NCBI GenBank assembly: GCA_964016885.1
Contig: OZ024747.1
Coordinates: forward strand, 74,524,001-74,588,000
Source: Eledone cirrhosa
Taxonomy: Eukaryota
Direction of reading: 5' to 3'
DNA: 64,000 nucleotides
Shown: positions 1 to 14,924 of the stretch, piece by piece
Layout: the number at the start of each line of letters is the position of its first letter
Position numbering within the stretch: the stretch's first letter is position 1
Notes under the pieces: generated by a model
Databases searched by the model: none
What the model was told of the DNA's origin: nothing
The model's input: only the letters and a program-made list of their open reading frames with translations
Made by a program: the position numbers and the translations under genes

Positions 1-2806
<2,806 letters not shown>

Positions 2807-4184
2807 TATCGTGTATACGACAAGAAGACCACAACACCACAACAACCAATGCCTGTCGCGTCTATTCATCGATGGAAAATGAAAGCCAATCCATATTGTT
2901 GCCATCATTCATGCAAGGTCTCCAGTTTGAGAATGCCTTCTCTGCTTTTCGTTATCACCAGTCTTTGTTGCCCCGTAAGATATCATGACCACGTCCCTTC
3001 TCTCCTGAAAACCCTTTCAAATGTGGGTGATCTCGTTAATCACAATGTTCGCTGTTTCCCTGTTGAAGACATGAAAACGAAAAGCGCTCAGAAGTAAATA
3101 AAACTAGAAAGGAGATATACGGGAAGAGTAATAGCTTCTCGCCATCTACATTTTTCAATATCCCGTCAGTAATCAAAGCTATACCTGTAGAATTGAGATG
3201 TAGAATCATTAAAAGTTCTTCAAATAAAATCGTGACCATCAGATTCGGTAGAGAATCATAAGCAAAGAAATTAGTGTCTCTATATGTTTCTGTGTCTGTG
3301 TGCGCGGCGCATGCGTGTATGCGTGCATATACATGTGTGTATATGCGAATGCGTGTGTGTATATCAAACTCTCTAAATAACACCACAAGTCTGTTTAATG
3401 GTTTTCAAGAATTTCAATTCTCCTGACAGTTTTTATCTCTACACAAGCTTTATCATCAAATTTTCTCTCTCCTCGATGTTTGTATATCCTTTACTATCAT
3501 AAATATTTTAAAATATAAAATAAAATAACTGACTGTAATATCTGAACACATATCATCGCCATGGAATTGAATGTTTGATAATCTTCAATCATCATATTTA
3601 TCGTTGTTGTTCTCTTTTGTCATTGAAAATAGACGTTCTGGTTTGTTACCAGCAATTCATGCTCTTAATACCATCTCTTAAACTTTTCCAATTTCTCCTT
3701 CTTCTTCTTCGTCGTCGTCTTCGTCTTCACATTCTTTTATACTTCCTCGTCATAGTGAATAAAGACTAGTCTAGTTGATGTAAGACGGCCTTGACGAACT
3801 CTCTGGCCGCTTAATCCACCATCTGAAGTCTAATCCTCCATGTCAACGACTAAATCTTGATCCGTGCCTAATCCTGCTATTAATTTCTTTTATGTTGAAT
3901 CTCTTTCAATTTCTCATAATATTCACAGATGCTTAAATCGTTGCTAAACGTGCGTGTATTAATATCAGACATACACAAGAAGACGGTGAGACGGACGAAA
4001 GGATTCTTGGAATCTAGGGCAATCTACGTAATTATTTCCAACTTGCAGTCAGCAGCAGAAACAATCGCACTTTTACCAATATTGTCAGTTTTAAGTTCTA
4101 CTAAATTATGTATGTACATACATAAATTAGACACCCACTAATTCATGTATATATATATATATATAACTACATTTTAAAGGGTCC

Positions 4185-4270
4185 GTCGAGCTGCCGATTA
4201 TTGAGTCGGGTAAGATCGATACAGATCGAACCTTGAGCTGATCAGTGGCGAAACGCGCGTCACCTAACAA
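4185..4270 (+). ncRNA. Degenerate hammerhead-like motif (PLE remnant)
   Basis: CTGCCGA (4191, non-canonical), a hairpin TCGAT-ACAG-ATCGA, then GAAA-CGCGCG-TC (4250-4261), the palindromic stem III signature. Stem I is not evident. Confidence 0.4.
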
Positions 4271-4308
4271 TAAATGTAATGAAGGAGTAACCAATCGTCC
4301 TTGTTATC

Positions 4309-4380
<72 letters not shown>

Positions 4381-4381
<1 letters not shown>

Positions 4382-5273
4382 CAGACCTAACTAAACCAAC
4401 TCAATTACTTTCCAGGGGAATGTTGAGGGCTTTGCTGGTGCTCTTACATGACTTCCCAGAGTTCCTCTGTGATTACCATTATGCATTCTGTGACGCTATT
4501 CCACCCAACTGCATACAAATGAGAAATCTCATTCTGAATGCCTTCCCTCGTAATATGTGTATGCCAGATCCTTTCACACCAAATGTAAAGGTTGATGTAC
4601 TCCCTGATATTGGAAGACCACCAAGAATCCTCACCAACTTTGCTAATATGATTCAACCAGAAACATTTAAAAAGGATCTTGATTCCTATTTAAAGACAAG
4701 ATCCCCTGTTACTTTTTTGTCAGACCTAAGGAGCAATTTACAATCAACTGACCCTGGTTCCAAGTACAACATTTCTCTTATTAACGATCTCGTGCTTTAC
4801 GTTGGCACACAAGCTATAGATTATATCGATCATACTGGTTACAAACCAAGCATGCGAACAATTGCTCATACTTCACACATGGACATCTTCCAGAACTTGG
4901 CTGTTGATCTTGATACCGAAGGGCGGTACTTGTTTCTCACTGCCATAACTAACCAACTACGCTACCCCAACAGTCATACACACTATTTCAGTTGTACTTT
5001 ATTGTATCTCTTTGTTGAAGCCAATGCCGAAGCTATTCAAGAACAAATAACCAGGGTTCTTTTTGAAAGACTAATAGTAAATCGCCCTCATCCATGGGGT
5101 CTGCTTATAACCTTCATTGAGCTCATCAAAACCCCCAATTTAAGTTCTGGTCTCATGAATTTGTGCGTTGTGCTTCTGAAATAGAAAAATTATTTGAGTC
5201 TGTAGCCCGATCTTGTATTCAACCCAAGCAGGCCCTCAATATTCGGGAACAAGATGCAACAGATGTACATTAA
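4381..5273 (+). pseudogene. CNOT1: CCR4-NOT subunit 1 C-terminal (Not1 domain) copy; intronless, 5'-truncated, frameshifted; probable retrocopy
   Basis: Translates [34 protein letters not shown]...[14 protein letters not shown]...[16 protein letters not shown], which matches the CNOT1 C-terminus. After a 1-nt loss in the A-run at ~5128-5131 the shifted frame gives [28 protein letters not shown]...DVH* (TAA 5271-5273). An AT-rich UTR-like stretch runs to ~6010. Flanked by (TA)n. Confidence 0.88.
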
Positions 5274-6065
5274 TAACAAGGCGCCCCTCTCCTTTTTCCC
5301 CCAAAACACCAAAGACATTAAAGAATGGTCCATGGCCATGTTGCACCAACAACATTTTTCTCAAAGAAGATTGAGCTTTACCTAATCTTCAAAACTGTAT
5401 GGGGTGTTACCATCCACTAACACTGGATAAATTCTTGGATCAAACTATTACTGTTCTGATATTTAATCAGGCTTTTACAACTAACATCTTAATTGTTTTC
5501 CTTCCTTTTTTTTATATATATACATAGATAATTTATTTTAACGTTCTTCATTTATCTTGTACTATAAAAATAATCAATGTTTTTAATAGACTTATAAAAA
5601 AAAACACTAATTTTCTTTTTAAGACTAATTGTCTTTTGTTAATTTTCCTTCTGTACAGTGAATACATTTTATGTTTTATTCTTGTAGTAAAAACATAGTT
5701 TATAAATTCTTCAGAGATAAATAATAGTATTTCTACTGGGCTATGCTTTCAGCTACCAATGTAATGTTTCTATCCTGACCCCACCATTTTTTTTTGTTTT
5801 TGTAATATACTTGAAAATTCTCCATTGGAACTACTAAACTAACTTTTGACCATGTTCTAGTTAAAAGCAATTAATATTTCTGACTTGGTCATATTACTGA
5901 TGAGTTTACTTTACTTTTATTTATTTTTCTTCTCTTGACTTACTGTAATTTTTATAGTTATTTCTTTTTTGATTAGATTATAACTTATAAAAATTCCAGT
6001 TTACACAAGTTTATATATATATATATATATATAAACTGTATAGTTTACACACGTTTATATATATA

Positions 6066-7346
6066 TAACTACCGGGGGATCTCACTGACGTCACTTGTGG
6101 CAAAGACCCTCAACAGGATCCAGCCTGAGATGGACAAGAAGCTCAGGGACAACCAGAACGGCTTCAGAGAGGGTAGATCAACCACCAGTCACATCCTGAT
6201 GCTGAGGAGGATATTAGAGAGAGCTAGAGCAAAGTGCCTTCCTGCGGTCATGGTTTTCATTGACTTTAGGAAGGCCTTTGATTCTGTGGACCGTTACTGC
6301 CTGATGAAGATCTTACAGGCTTATGGAATCCCTAAGAGGATAGTGGACCTGATATCACTGCTCTACACCAACACCAAAGCCTAAGTCATTACACCTGATG
6401 GGATGACAGAGTTCTTTGAGATACTGGCTGGAGTGCTCCAGGGAGATACATTGGCTCCCTACCTTTTTATCATCGTAGTGGACTATTGTATGCGCCTTGC
6501 ACTGGAGAAATACCAGGACACTGGCTTTACTGTAGCACCGGCTCAGAGCAGGAGAGTTGGGGCGAAAAAGGTATCGGATGCTGAATTTGCCGACGACATA
6601 GTTTTGGTGACAAATACAGTGAAGGAGGCAGAGGATTTGATGCGGGAGGTTGAGACTGTGTCGATGAGTGTGGGGCTGAGAATGAATGAGACTAAAACAA
6701 AATATCTGGTGGAGAATGTTGAGAAGCCAGAGGGGATCACTAATGTAGGCGGGAAGCCGCTGGAATTGGTTGAGGACTTCCTGTATTTGGGAGCAAAGAT
6801 TGGGAATACGGAAGATGATGTGGTTGGGAGGAAGAGCAAGGCCTGGGCGGCGTGTCACAGCTTGAGATCGGTGTGGAAGTCGGACCTTCGTAGAGACCTG
6901 AAAATCCGCCTCTTCATTGCTGTAGTGGAGTCTGTGCTGCTGTATGGGTCTGAGACTTGGACACTGACCAAGAGACTCACTCAGATGGTGGATGGGTGCT
7001 ACACGAGAATGCTGAGGATGGCTCTGAACATTAATCAGTATACACTGAGGATGGGGAACTTAGAGCTGTATGGGAGCATCCCAAAAGTCAGCTCAAAAGT
7101 GACACATAGGAGACTGAGGTTGGCTGGACATGCTCACCGACATCCAGAGTTGACATTGCACTCAGTGCTCCTTTGGGAGCCCCTACATGGACACACTAGA
7201 AGAGGAAGACCAAGGTTAACATATGTTGATGCCCTAAGGACAGACACTGGTCTGTTGGAGATGCAGGATATGGCAGCGATAATGAGGGACAGAGACCGCT
7301 GGAGAGAACTCGTCCATGGATCTCGGGAATTTTACCCGCCTTAGAT

Positions 7347-7350
<4 letters not shown>
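6066..7350 (+). mobile_element. 5'-truncated RTE-like non-LTR retrotransposon (RT and C-terminus) with one in-frame stop
   Basis: NYRGISL...NQNGFREGRST...FIDFRKAFDSV...GVLQGDTLAPYLF...FADD...FLYLG...LLYGSETW...RLAGH...RGRP...DRDRWR. ORFs 6097-6384 and 6403-7344 share a frame and are split by TAA at 6382-6384. Ends in TAGA/(TA)n. Confidence 0.92.
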
Positions 7351-7410
<60 letters not shown>

Positions 7411-7415
<5 letters not shown>

Positions 7416-7606
7416 AACGAATAGGACCCCGACGGCTGAGCTCAAGCCGTTTCGACGGCTAATTCTGGAGTCCAGAATTAGCCGTCGAAACGGTTTGATC
7501 TCAGCCGTCGGGGTCCTATTCTTTCCTATTACCCACTCTACTACCCTAAGTATTGAGTACTTTGGCGCGTTATGCTCCACCTGGTTCCTTACCACATTTC
7601 CTTCGT
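7411..7606 (+). mobile_element. Fold-back PLE-like pLTR fragment (family C) with the 3' half of a hammerhead
   Basis: Arms 7411-7469 and 7471-7529 are inverted. Contains GAAAC-GGYT-loop-AGCC-GTC, plus a ~77-nt tail on one arm. Related copies at 7783-7940, 23234-23347, 25529-25620 and 44120-44396. Confidence 0.7.
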
Positions 7607-7744
7607 TATATATATATATAAATCACCCAAGACACCACCAACGAGATATAGCGTGGAGGAGGCCAGCTAAACCTGCATAGGTGTGAGCTGTCACACACAC
7701 ACGCATATATATATATATATATAGTTTTCACATTTGTTATTACC

Positions 7745-7775
<31 letters not shown>

Positions 7776-8251
7776 GAGAAAGAGAAGAACATCAGTGAAG
7801 GATAGATTTGAAATTTATCTCTTTTAAACTAGTAATACCATTATTCAGCAAAGTACTCGATTCTTTCTTGGTATAGTAGAGTCTGACTATATTAGCCGTA
7901 GAAACGGCAAGAGCTCAGCCGTCGAGCCCCACTCTTGTTAATATATATATATATATATATATAGTTTAGGGATTCTACACATATGTACGTACACATCCAC
8001 CTTTCCTCATTGCATTTCTTGTGTTATTTCTTCCTCATTTTATCTTTCCTCTTGGAAGAAAATCATTTCTTCCTCCTATTTTAGATACCATTATGAAAGA
8101 AATTGGTTCAGGACACTACTCCCCGACCCCACTCAGGAATAAGTGGGCGAAGAAGAAGAAGAAGAAGAAGAAGAAGAAGAAGAAGAAGAAGAAGAAGAAG
8201 AAGATTATTATCATCACCATTATCATAATCATCATCATACTCATTATCATT

Positions 8252-8414
8252 TCGGATGCCATGCTTAGCAGCAAAGAGTTACGGCCCTTTATGATCTGAA
8301 TTCAAATCCCGCCGAGGTTAACTTTGCCTTTCATCCTTACGTGGTCGATAAAATAAAGTACCAGTAATGCACTGGCTAATTGCTGGCCTTGTGCCAAAAG
8401 TAGAAACAATTATT
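8252..8414 (+). mobile_element. tRNA-derived SINE (family 1, short variant)
   Basis: B-box-like (G/A)TTCAAATCC, shared body GAGGTTAACTTTGCCTTTCATCC...GTCGATAAAATAAAGTACCAGT, and a (TAT)n tail. Confidence 0.85.
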
Positions 8415-8550
8415 ATTATTATATAATTTATTTTTCACATCAATGAATTTTAGAAACATCTTTAATGATAGCCACAGATAAGGATATTCAGAATTTATGA
8501 CGGTTTTTGATTTTCATTATATTTAATGTTTTGTTTTGCTTTATTTTGTT

Positions 8551-10660
8551 TTGTTGTTAGTTTTTGTTCCGTCTTATATTTTACGCAATATCCGGTTGTT
8601 GTTAGTTTTTGTTCCGTCTTATATTTTACGCAATATCCGGTTGTTGTTAGTTTTTGTTCCGTCTTATATTTTACGCAATATCCGGTTGTTGTTAGTTTTT
8701 GTGCCGTCTTATATTTTACGTAATATCCGGTTGTTGTTAGTTTTTGTTCCGTCTTATATTTTACGCAATATCCGGTTATTGTTAGTTTTTGTTCCGTCTT
8801 ATATTTTACGCAATATCCGGTTGTTGTTAGTTTTTGTTCCGTCTTATATTTTACGTAATATCCGGTTGTTGTTAGTTTTTGTTCCGTCTTATATTTTACG
8901 CAATATCCGGTTGTTGTTAGTTTTTGTTCCGTCTTATATTTTACGTAATATCCGGTTGTTGTTAGTTTTTGTTCCGTCTTATATTTTACGCAATATCCGG
9001 TTGTTGTTAGTTTTTGTTCCGTCTTATATTTTACGCAATATCCGGTTGTTGTTAGTTTTTGTTCCGTCTTATATTTTACGTAATATCCGGTTGTTGTTAG
9101 TTTTTGTTCCGTCTTATATTTTACGCAATATCCGGTTGTTGTTAGTTTTTGTTCCGTCTTATATTTTACGTAATATCCGGTTGTTGTTAGTTTTTGTTCC
9201 GTCTTATATTTTACGCAATATCCGGTTGTTGTTAGTTTTTGTTCCGTCTTATATTTTACGCAATATCCGGTTGTTGTTAGTTTTTGTTCCGTCTTATATT
9301 TTACGCAACATCCGGTTGTTGTTAGTTTTTGTTCCGTCTTATATTTTACGCAATATCCGGTTGTTGTTAGTTTTTGTTCCGTCTTATATTTTACGTAATA
9401 TCCGGTTGTTGTTAGTTTTTGTGTCGTCTTATATTTTACGTAATATCGGGTTTTTGTTAGCTTTTGTTCCGTCTTATATTTTACGTAATATCCGGTTGTT
9501 GTTAGATTTTGTGTCGTCTTATATTTTACGTAATATCGGGTTTTTGTTAGCTTTTGTTCCGTCTTATATTTTACGCAATATCCGGTTGTTGTTAGTTTTT
9601 GTGTCGTCTTATATTTTACGCAATATCCGGTTGTTGTTAGATTTTGTGTCATCTTATATTTTACGTAATATCCGGTTGTTGTTAGTTTTTGTGTCGTCTT
9701 ATATTTTACGCAATATCCGGTTGTTGTTAGATTTTGTGTCATCTTATATTTTACGTAATATCCGGTTGTTGTTAGTTTTTGTGCCGTCTTATATTTTACG
9801 TAATATCCGGTTGCATTAGTTTATGTTCCGTCTTATATTTTACGTAATATCTGGCTGTTGTTAGTTTTTGTGCCGTCTTATATTTTACGTAATATCCGGT
9901 TTCATTAGTTTTTGTTCCGTCTTATATTTTACGTAATATCCGGTTGTTGTTAGTTTTTGTTCCGTCTTATATTTTACGTAATATCCGGTTGTTAGATTTT
10001 GTGTCGTCTTATATTTTACGTAATATCGGGTTGTTGTTAGCTTTTGTTCCGTCTTATATTTTACGTAATATCCGGTTGTTGTTAGATTTTGTGCCATCTT
10101 TATTTTACGTAATATCTGGTTGTTGTTAATTTTTGTGCCGTCTTATATTTTACGTAATATCCGGTTGTTGTTAGATTTTGTGCCATCTTATATTTTACGT
10201 AATATCCGGTTGTTGTTAGATTGTGTGCCATCTTATATTTTACGTAATATCCGGTTGCATTAGTTTATGTTCCGTCTTATATTTTACGTAATATTTGGTT
10301 GTTGTTAGTTTTTGTGCCGTCTTATATTTTACGTAATATCCGGTTTCATTAGTTTTTGTTCCGTCTTATATTTTACGTAATATCGGGTTGTTGTTAGTTT
10401 TTGTTCCGTCTTATATTTTACGTAATATCCGGTTGTTAGCTGTTGTTCCGTCTTAAGTTTTACATAATATCTTGTTGTTGTTAGATTTTGTGCCGTCTTA
10501 TATTTTACGTAATATCCGGTTGTTGTTAGATTTTGTGTCGTCTTATATTTTACGTAATATCCGGTTGTTGTTAGATTTTGTGACATCTTTATTTTACGTA
10601 ATATCTGGTTGTTGTTAGTTTTTGTGTCGTCTTATATTTTACGTAATATCAGGTTGTTGT
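8551..10660. repeat. 45-bp minisatellite, ~47 copies
   Basis: Unit TTGTTGTTAGTTTTTGTTCCGTCTTATATTTTACGYAATATCCGG. Confidence 0.97.
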
Positions 10661-10836
10661 TTGCCGATTCTTTTTAGATGAAATTAGTTTTCTTCGAGTT
10701 CTTTCACTAGACATAGTTTTATATTTGTTTGTTTAGGTTTGTCTATCTTTGTATATTTAATTCAACGGTTACACACACATATATATATGTGTGTGTAACT
10801 GTTTGTATGTATATATATATATATATATTTATATAC

Positions 10837-10868
<32 letters not shown>

Positions 10869-11252
10869 GGGGGGGGGATAGGTAGATAGATAGATAAATA
10901 CATATATATAAATACAAATATATATACATCTGCCTCTCTGTTTTTGTTCCCGTCCAACTTTTCACTATATATATATATATACATACAAATACATATATAT
11001 ATATATATACATACAAATATATATATATATATATACATACAAATATATATACATATATATATATACATACATATATATACATATATACATATATACATAT
11101 ATACATATAGACATATATACATATATACATATACACATATATACATATATAGATATATACATATTTATATTCATACATATATATATATATATACATATAT
11201 TTATATACATACATATATATTTATATACATACACATATATATACATATATAT

Positions 11253-11283
<31 letters not shown>

Positions 11284-11284
11284 T

Positions 11285-11321
<37 letters not shown>

Positions 11322-11380
11322 GAGGGGAGAGAGAGATAGGTAGATACATACATACATACATACATACATACATACATACA

Positions 11381-11417
<37 letters not shown>

Positions 11418-11466
11418 AGAAAAATATATACATCTGCCTCTCTGTTTTTGTTCCCGTCCAACTTTT

Positions 11467-11547
<81 letters not shown>

Positions 11548-11548
11548 C

Positions 11549-11607
<59 letters not shown>

Positions 11608-11719
11608 CATATACACATATATACATATATACATATATACATATTTATATTCGTACATATATATACACATATATATTTATATACATACACATATATATAC
11701 ATATATACATATATATACA

Positions 11720-11783
<64 letters not shown>

Positions 11784-11809
11784 ATTATTATTATCATTAT
11801 GGATTATAC

Positions 11810-11855
<46 letters not shown>

Positions 11856-12053
11856 TTAGTTATACTATTTATGGTTATGTAAACACAAAACCTTAAGCAG
11901 TTGTAAGTATTTTACACACACCCTAAATAGTGGTAGGCAGTAATGTATTACTACCTTATTACCAGTAAGTTAAGTAGCTCAATGTAAAAACATCAGATGA
12001 TTTACAGAGCAGTTATATGAAATATAAGAATCAAAGAACTGTTCAAAACATTA

Positions 12054-12106
12054 TTGTGCTTACAGCTGTTTCCTCCAAACCGAGGTTTGGATTCTTCGGA
12101 GCAATT
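12054..12106 (-). ncRNA. Type I hammerhead with CCGAAGA (U4C) core
   Basis: Minus strand: TGCT-CCGAAGA-A-TCCAAAC-CTCG-GTTTGGA-G-GAAA-CAGCTG-TA^-AGCA. Confidence 0.75.
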
Positions 12107-13546
12107 TATTAATGCATGGACAGTTATATGACCTCCTTTTCAGCCGAGAGACACACCAATACATATTCAAACATTGATACATATTCAAACATTGTGGGTC
12201 AACATTCATTACAGAATTTAGAGTGGCAGTACACACTTCGAGATTACATTTATATTAATAGGTACAATCAAAAATCAAAGATATAGGTTAAAGTACAACA
12301 TGAAGATAAGTGGTTATATAGTGCAAATGTTATATGTGTGGCACGCATGTGCGTCTTGTTTATATAGTGTGGCAGAGAGATATGTGTGGTAGAGGCACTT
12401 AGGTAGGTAAATAAGAGTGTTAGGTTGGTAGATCTGGTGGCAAAGTCTTTATATGATTGATATAGTCTGTGTGTGGAGAAATATTATAAGCATTAAAGAT
12501 AGTGCAAGCATTAAAAGTGTTATAAGTATTGGAGATGCACAGCGCAGGGATGTCAAGTAATTCATGTACTTCGGCATTTTCATGGTCAAGGGAGTGTATA
12601 TTTCGATTATATGCCTTTCACATAATCCACGACAATCCAGTTAGAGATCGTAGTCTGGTGTTCTTTAGTTCGATACAGGAGGTTGTTACGTTTCGAGAAA
12701 CGCCATTGAATACCGGAAGTGTGTGTGTGGCTAAGGGGAGTTAATGCATGCGGGGAGGTAACTCTGGGGTTTCTATATCTAGCCATTAAAATGTGTCCCA
12801 ATATAGACCCTAAATTCTATGGTGAGGTGCACCTTCCAAGAGAGACTTTTAAAGCATAAAGTGTACTAACTATAGAGTAGTTTAACTAAATTATGCTGAA
12901 GGTGATCATATTATTATTAAGGTGGATTAACCCATCTTAAGGTGCTACAAATGGAAATTATAGATGATGAGCGAGGATTCTAAATTAATGATCTCTGTGG
13001 TTGTAGTCTGCTCATATGACCAGGCGCGGTGATTGCAGGATTGCTTCAGGACCCAATGATCTCTGGTAAGATCTGGGTCATCGCTTGCTACATTGGATGT
13101 CGAAAGATAATCGTCCCCAGGCAGGCCAAAGGTCAATCCGCAGTCCTCGCGACCCCTCTCTGACCGTCAGATCATCCATATACGTACAACCCGCACGGCA
13201 GTTGCATTGCATTCACTCACTGCGCTCAGCAGCCCGGTCCTACTGGTCAACAGCGCTACTCGATTAAATCATTTTACATCTGTCTAAGGAAGGTGTTTCC
13301 TCTGCCCAACACCATCCAACCGATCAATTCATGCTCAAATTACCCCTAGAGCGGTGTAGTTCCGTCCAAGTGGGTGGATGTTGTCACACCTGCCGTAGAG
13401 GTATAAATGGGTATTTTCCCTGCGAAGGGTTCCAGAGGGATGTCGTTGTTTGTGTTATAATGGATCAGCTAGTGTTGGGTATGTAGTATAGGGTGTGTCT
13501 CTGGTGTTTGATGCTAGATGTGGTGTTAGGTTCCAGTCCGACATTG

Positions 13547-14230
13547 CTATATATAGGGCTTAAAGTTTTGGAAGGAATGTCTGAGGCGGTGCTGGCAAGT
13601 TGCAAACACCTCAGATTTTTTGTTAAGTAGGTTACGGTTGGAGAAGATAATATTGTGTGTCTCTAGTATACAGAGGTTACAGAATTTATTAGGTGGTTTG
13701 TACGAGGTCGCGCTGCCTATCACTTCCCATTTGAGTGTGTATGGTTTATTTTTAGATTTTAGATAGTGTATGTAGCTAGAAAGTGAGGTGGAGTTGGCTA
13801 GGCTGTGCTTTTTGAACGAGTGGATGTGCGAGTTATATCTGATTTTGAAGCAGTTAGAAGTGGAGCCTACATAGGTTTCTGAAGAGTTATTAGTCGTGAC
13901 TGTGCATGAGTATATGACATCCTTGGTTAGGCATTTTTTATCTAAAGGGCAGGTTCTATTAGCTCTACAGTTACAATTATTCTGTGCGTTAGTCCGCTGG
14001 TTATAATGCAATGCGGAAGTCTGTGTGGTGGATATAGGATTTTGGGTGTTCGGGTTGACAACCCTGGTGTTATTACTTATACTAGTGTTATTTCTATTGT
14101 TACTGCCGTTGCTATTGTTGCTTGCTACAGTGGTATTTAGAGGGTTTGCATCCCGTTGTGATTTTGTTTGTTGGAAGTAAGAACTAATTTTACTATTATT
14201 GCTGCTAGCTATGTGGTATGCTAAGTTTGA
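13547..14230 (-). CDS. PLE GIY-YIG endonuclease, C-terminal fragment
   Basis: Homologous to the C-terminus of the 17676-19679 ORF. The first ~25 aa of track ORF 13547..14299 come from the inverted pLTR. Confidence 0.85.
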   Translation of the reverse strand, partial: SNLAYHIASSNNSKISSYFQQTKSQRDANPLNTTVASNNSNGSNNRNNTSISNNTRVVNPNTQNPISTTQTSALHYNQRTNAQNNCNCRANRTCPLDKKCLTKDVIYSCTVTTNNSSETYVGSTSNCFKIRYNSHIHSFKKHSLANSTSLSSYIHYLKSKNKPYTLKWEVIGSATSYKPPNKFCNLCILETHNIIFSNRNLLNKKSEVFATCQHRLRHSFQNFKPYI

Positions 14231-14309
14231 ATATGTATCAATGTTTGAATATGTATTGGTGTGTCTCTCGGCTGAAAAGGAGGTCATATAACTGTCCATG
14301 CATTAATAA

Positions 14310-14362
14310 ATTGCTCCGAAGAATCCAAACCTCGGTTTGGAGGAAACAGCTGTAAGCACAAT
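14310..14362 (+). ncRNA. Type I hammerhead with CCGAAGA (U4C) core (inverted pLTR copy)
   Basis: CCGAAGA 14316-14322, GAAA 14343, CAGCTG palindrome, GTA^ site. Identical to the copy at 12.1 kb. Confidence 0.75.
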
Positions 14363-14389
14363 AATGTTTTGAACAGTTCTTTGATTCTT

Positions 14390-14508
<119 letters not shown>

Positions 14509-14700
14509 CATTATTATTATTAAATTCAGAAGATCACTCCATGGAACTTATTCGTACATTCTTGTTTAAATATTAATAATTACCTTTCACATTTTTACAC
14601 TTGTTTATTTTAAATTTGAAAAACATTTTCAGTTGTAATTCAAAGTTATTTCTTTGTGTTTGAGCATCAAAAGATCACCAAAAATATAGTTCATGTCGAA

Positions 14701-14924
14701 ATAATAATGGTTTCTGATATTTAGGCAAAAGGCCAACAATTTTAGGGGAGGGGAAAGTCGCCGAAATCGACCCATTACAGTACTGCTACTTTATTTTATC
14801 AACCCCTGCACGATGAGAGACAAAACTAAGCTCGGTGAGATTTGAGCTCAGAACGTAAAGGGATGTAATTCTATGCCGCAAAGCATGTTGTCCGACGCTC
14901 TACCGATTTTGCTGTCAATCCACG
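14701..14924 (-). mobile_element. tRNA-derived SINE (family 1), followed by a partial opposite-strand copy at ~14960-15062
   Basis: Reverse complement of the SINE body seen at 38.2 kb. Confidence 0.8.

Noticed and set aside
2830-3930. Possible ancient RTE 3' remnants on minus
   Set aside because: Only faint motif resemblance with many stops; not supportable without a profile search.
8495-9819. 415-aa and 427-aa repetitive ORFs
   Set aside because: They result from a 45-bp (15-codon) minisatellite that is open on both strands, with no non-repetitive coding flanks.
14231-14299. ATG start and N-terminus of the 250-aa GIY-YIG ORF (apparent stand-alone endonuclease gene)
   Set aside because: These codons are the antisense of the inverted pLTR, fused by chance in frame to a truncated PLE ORF.
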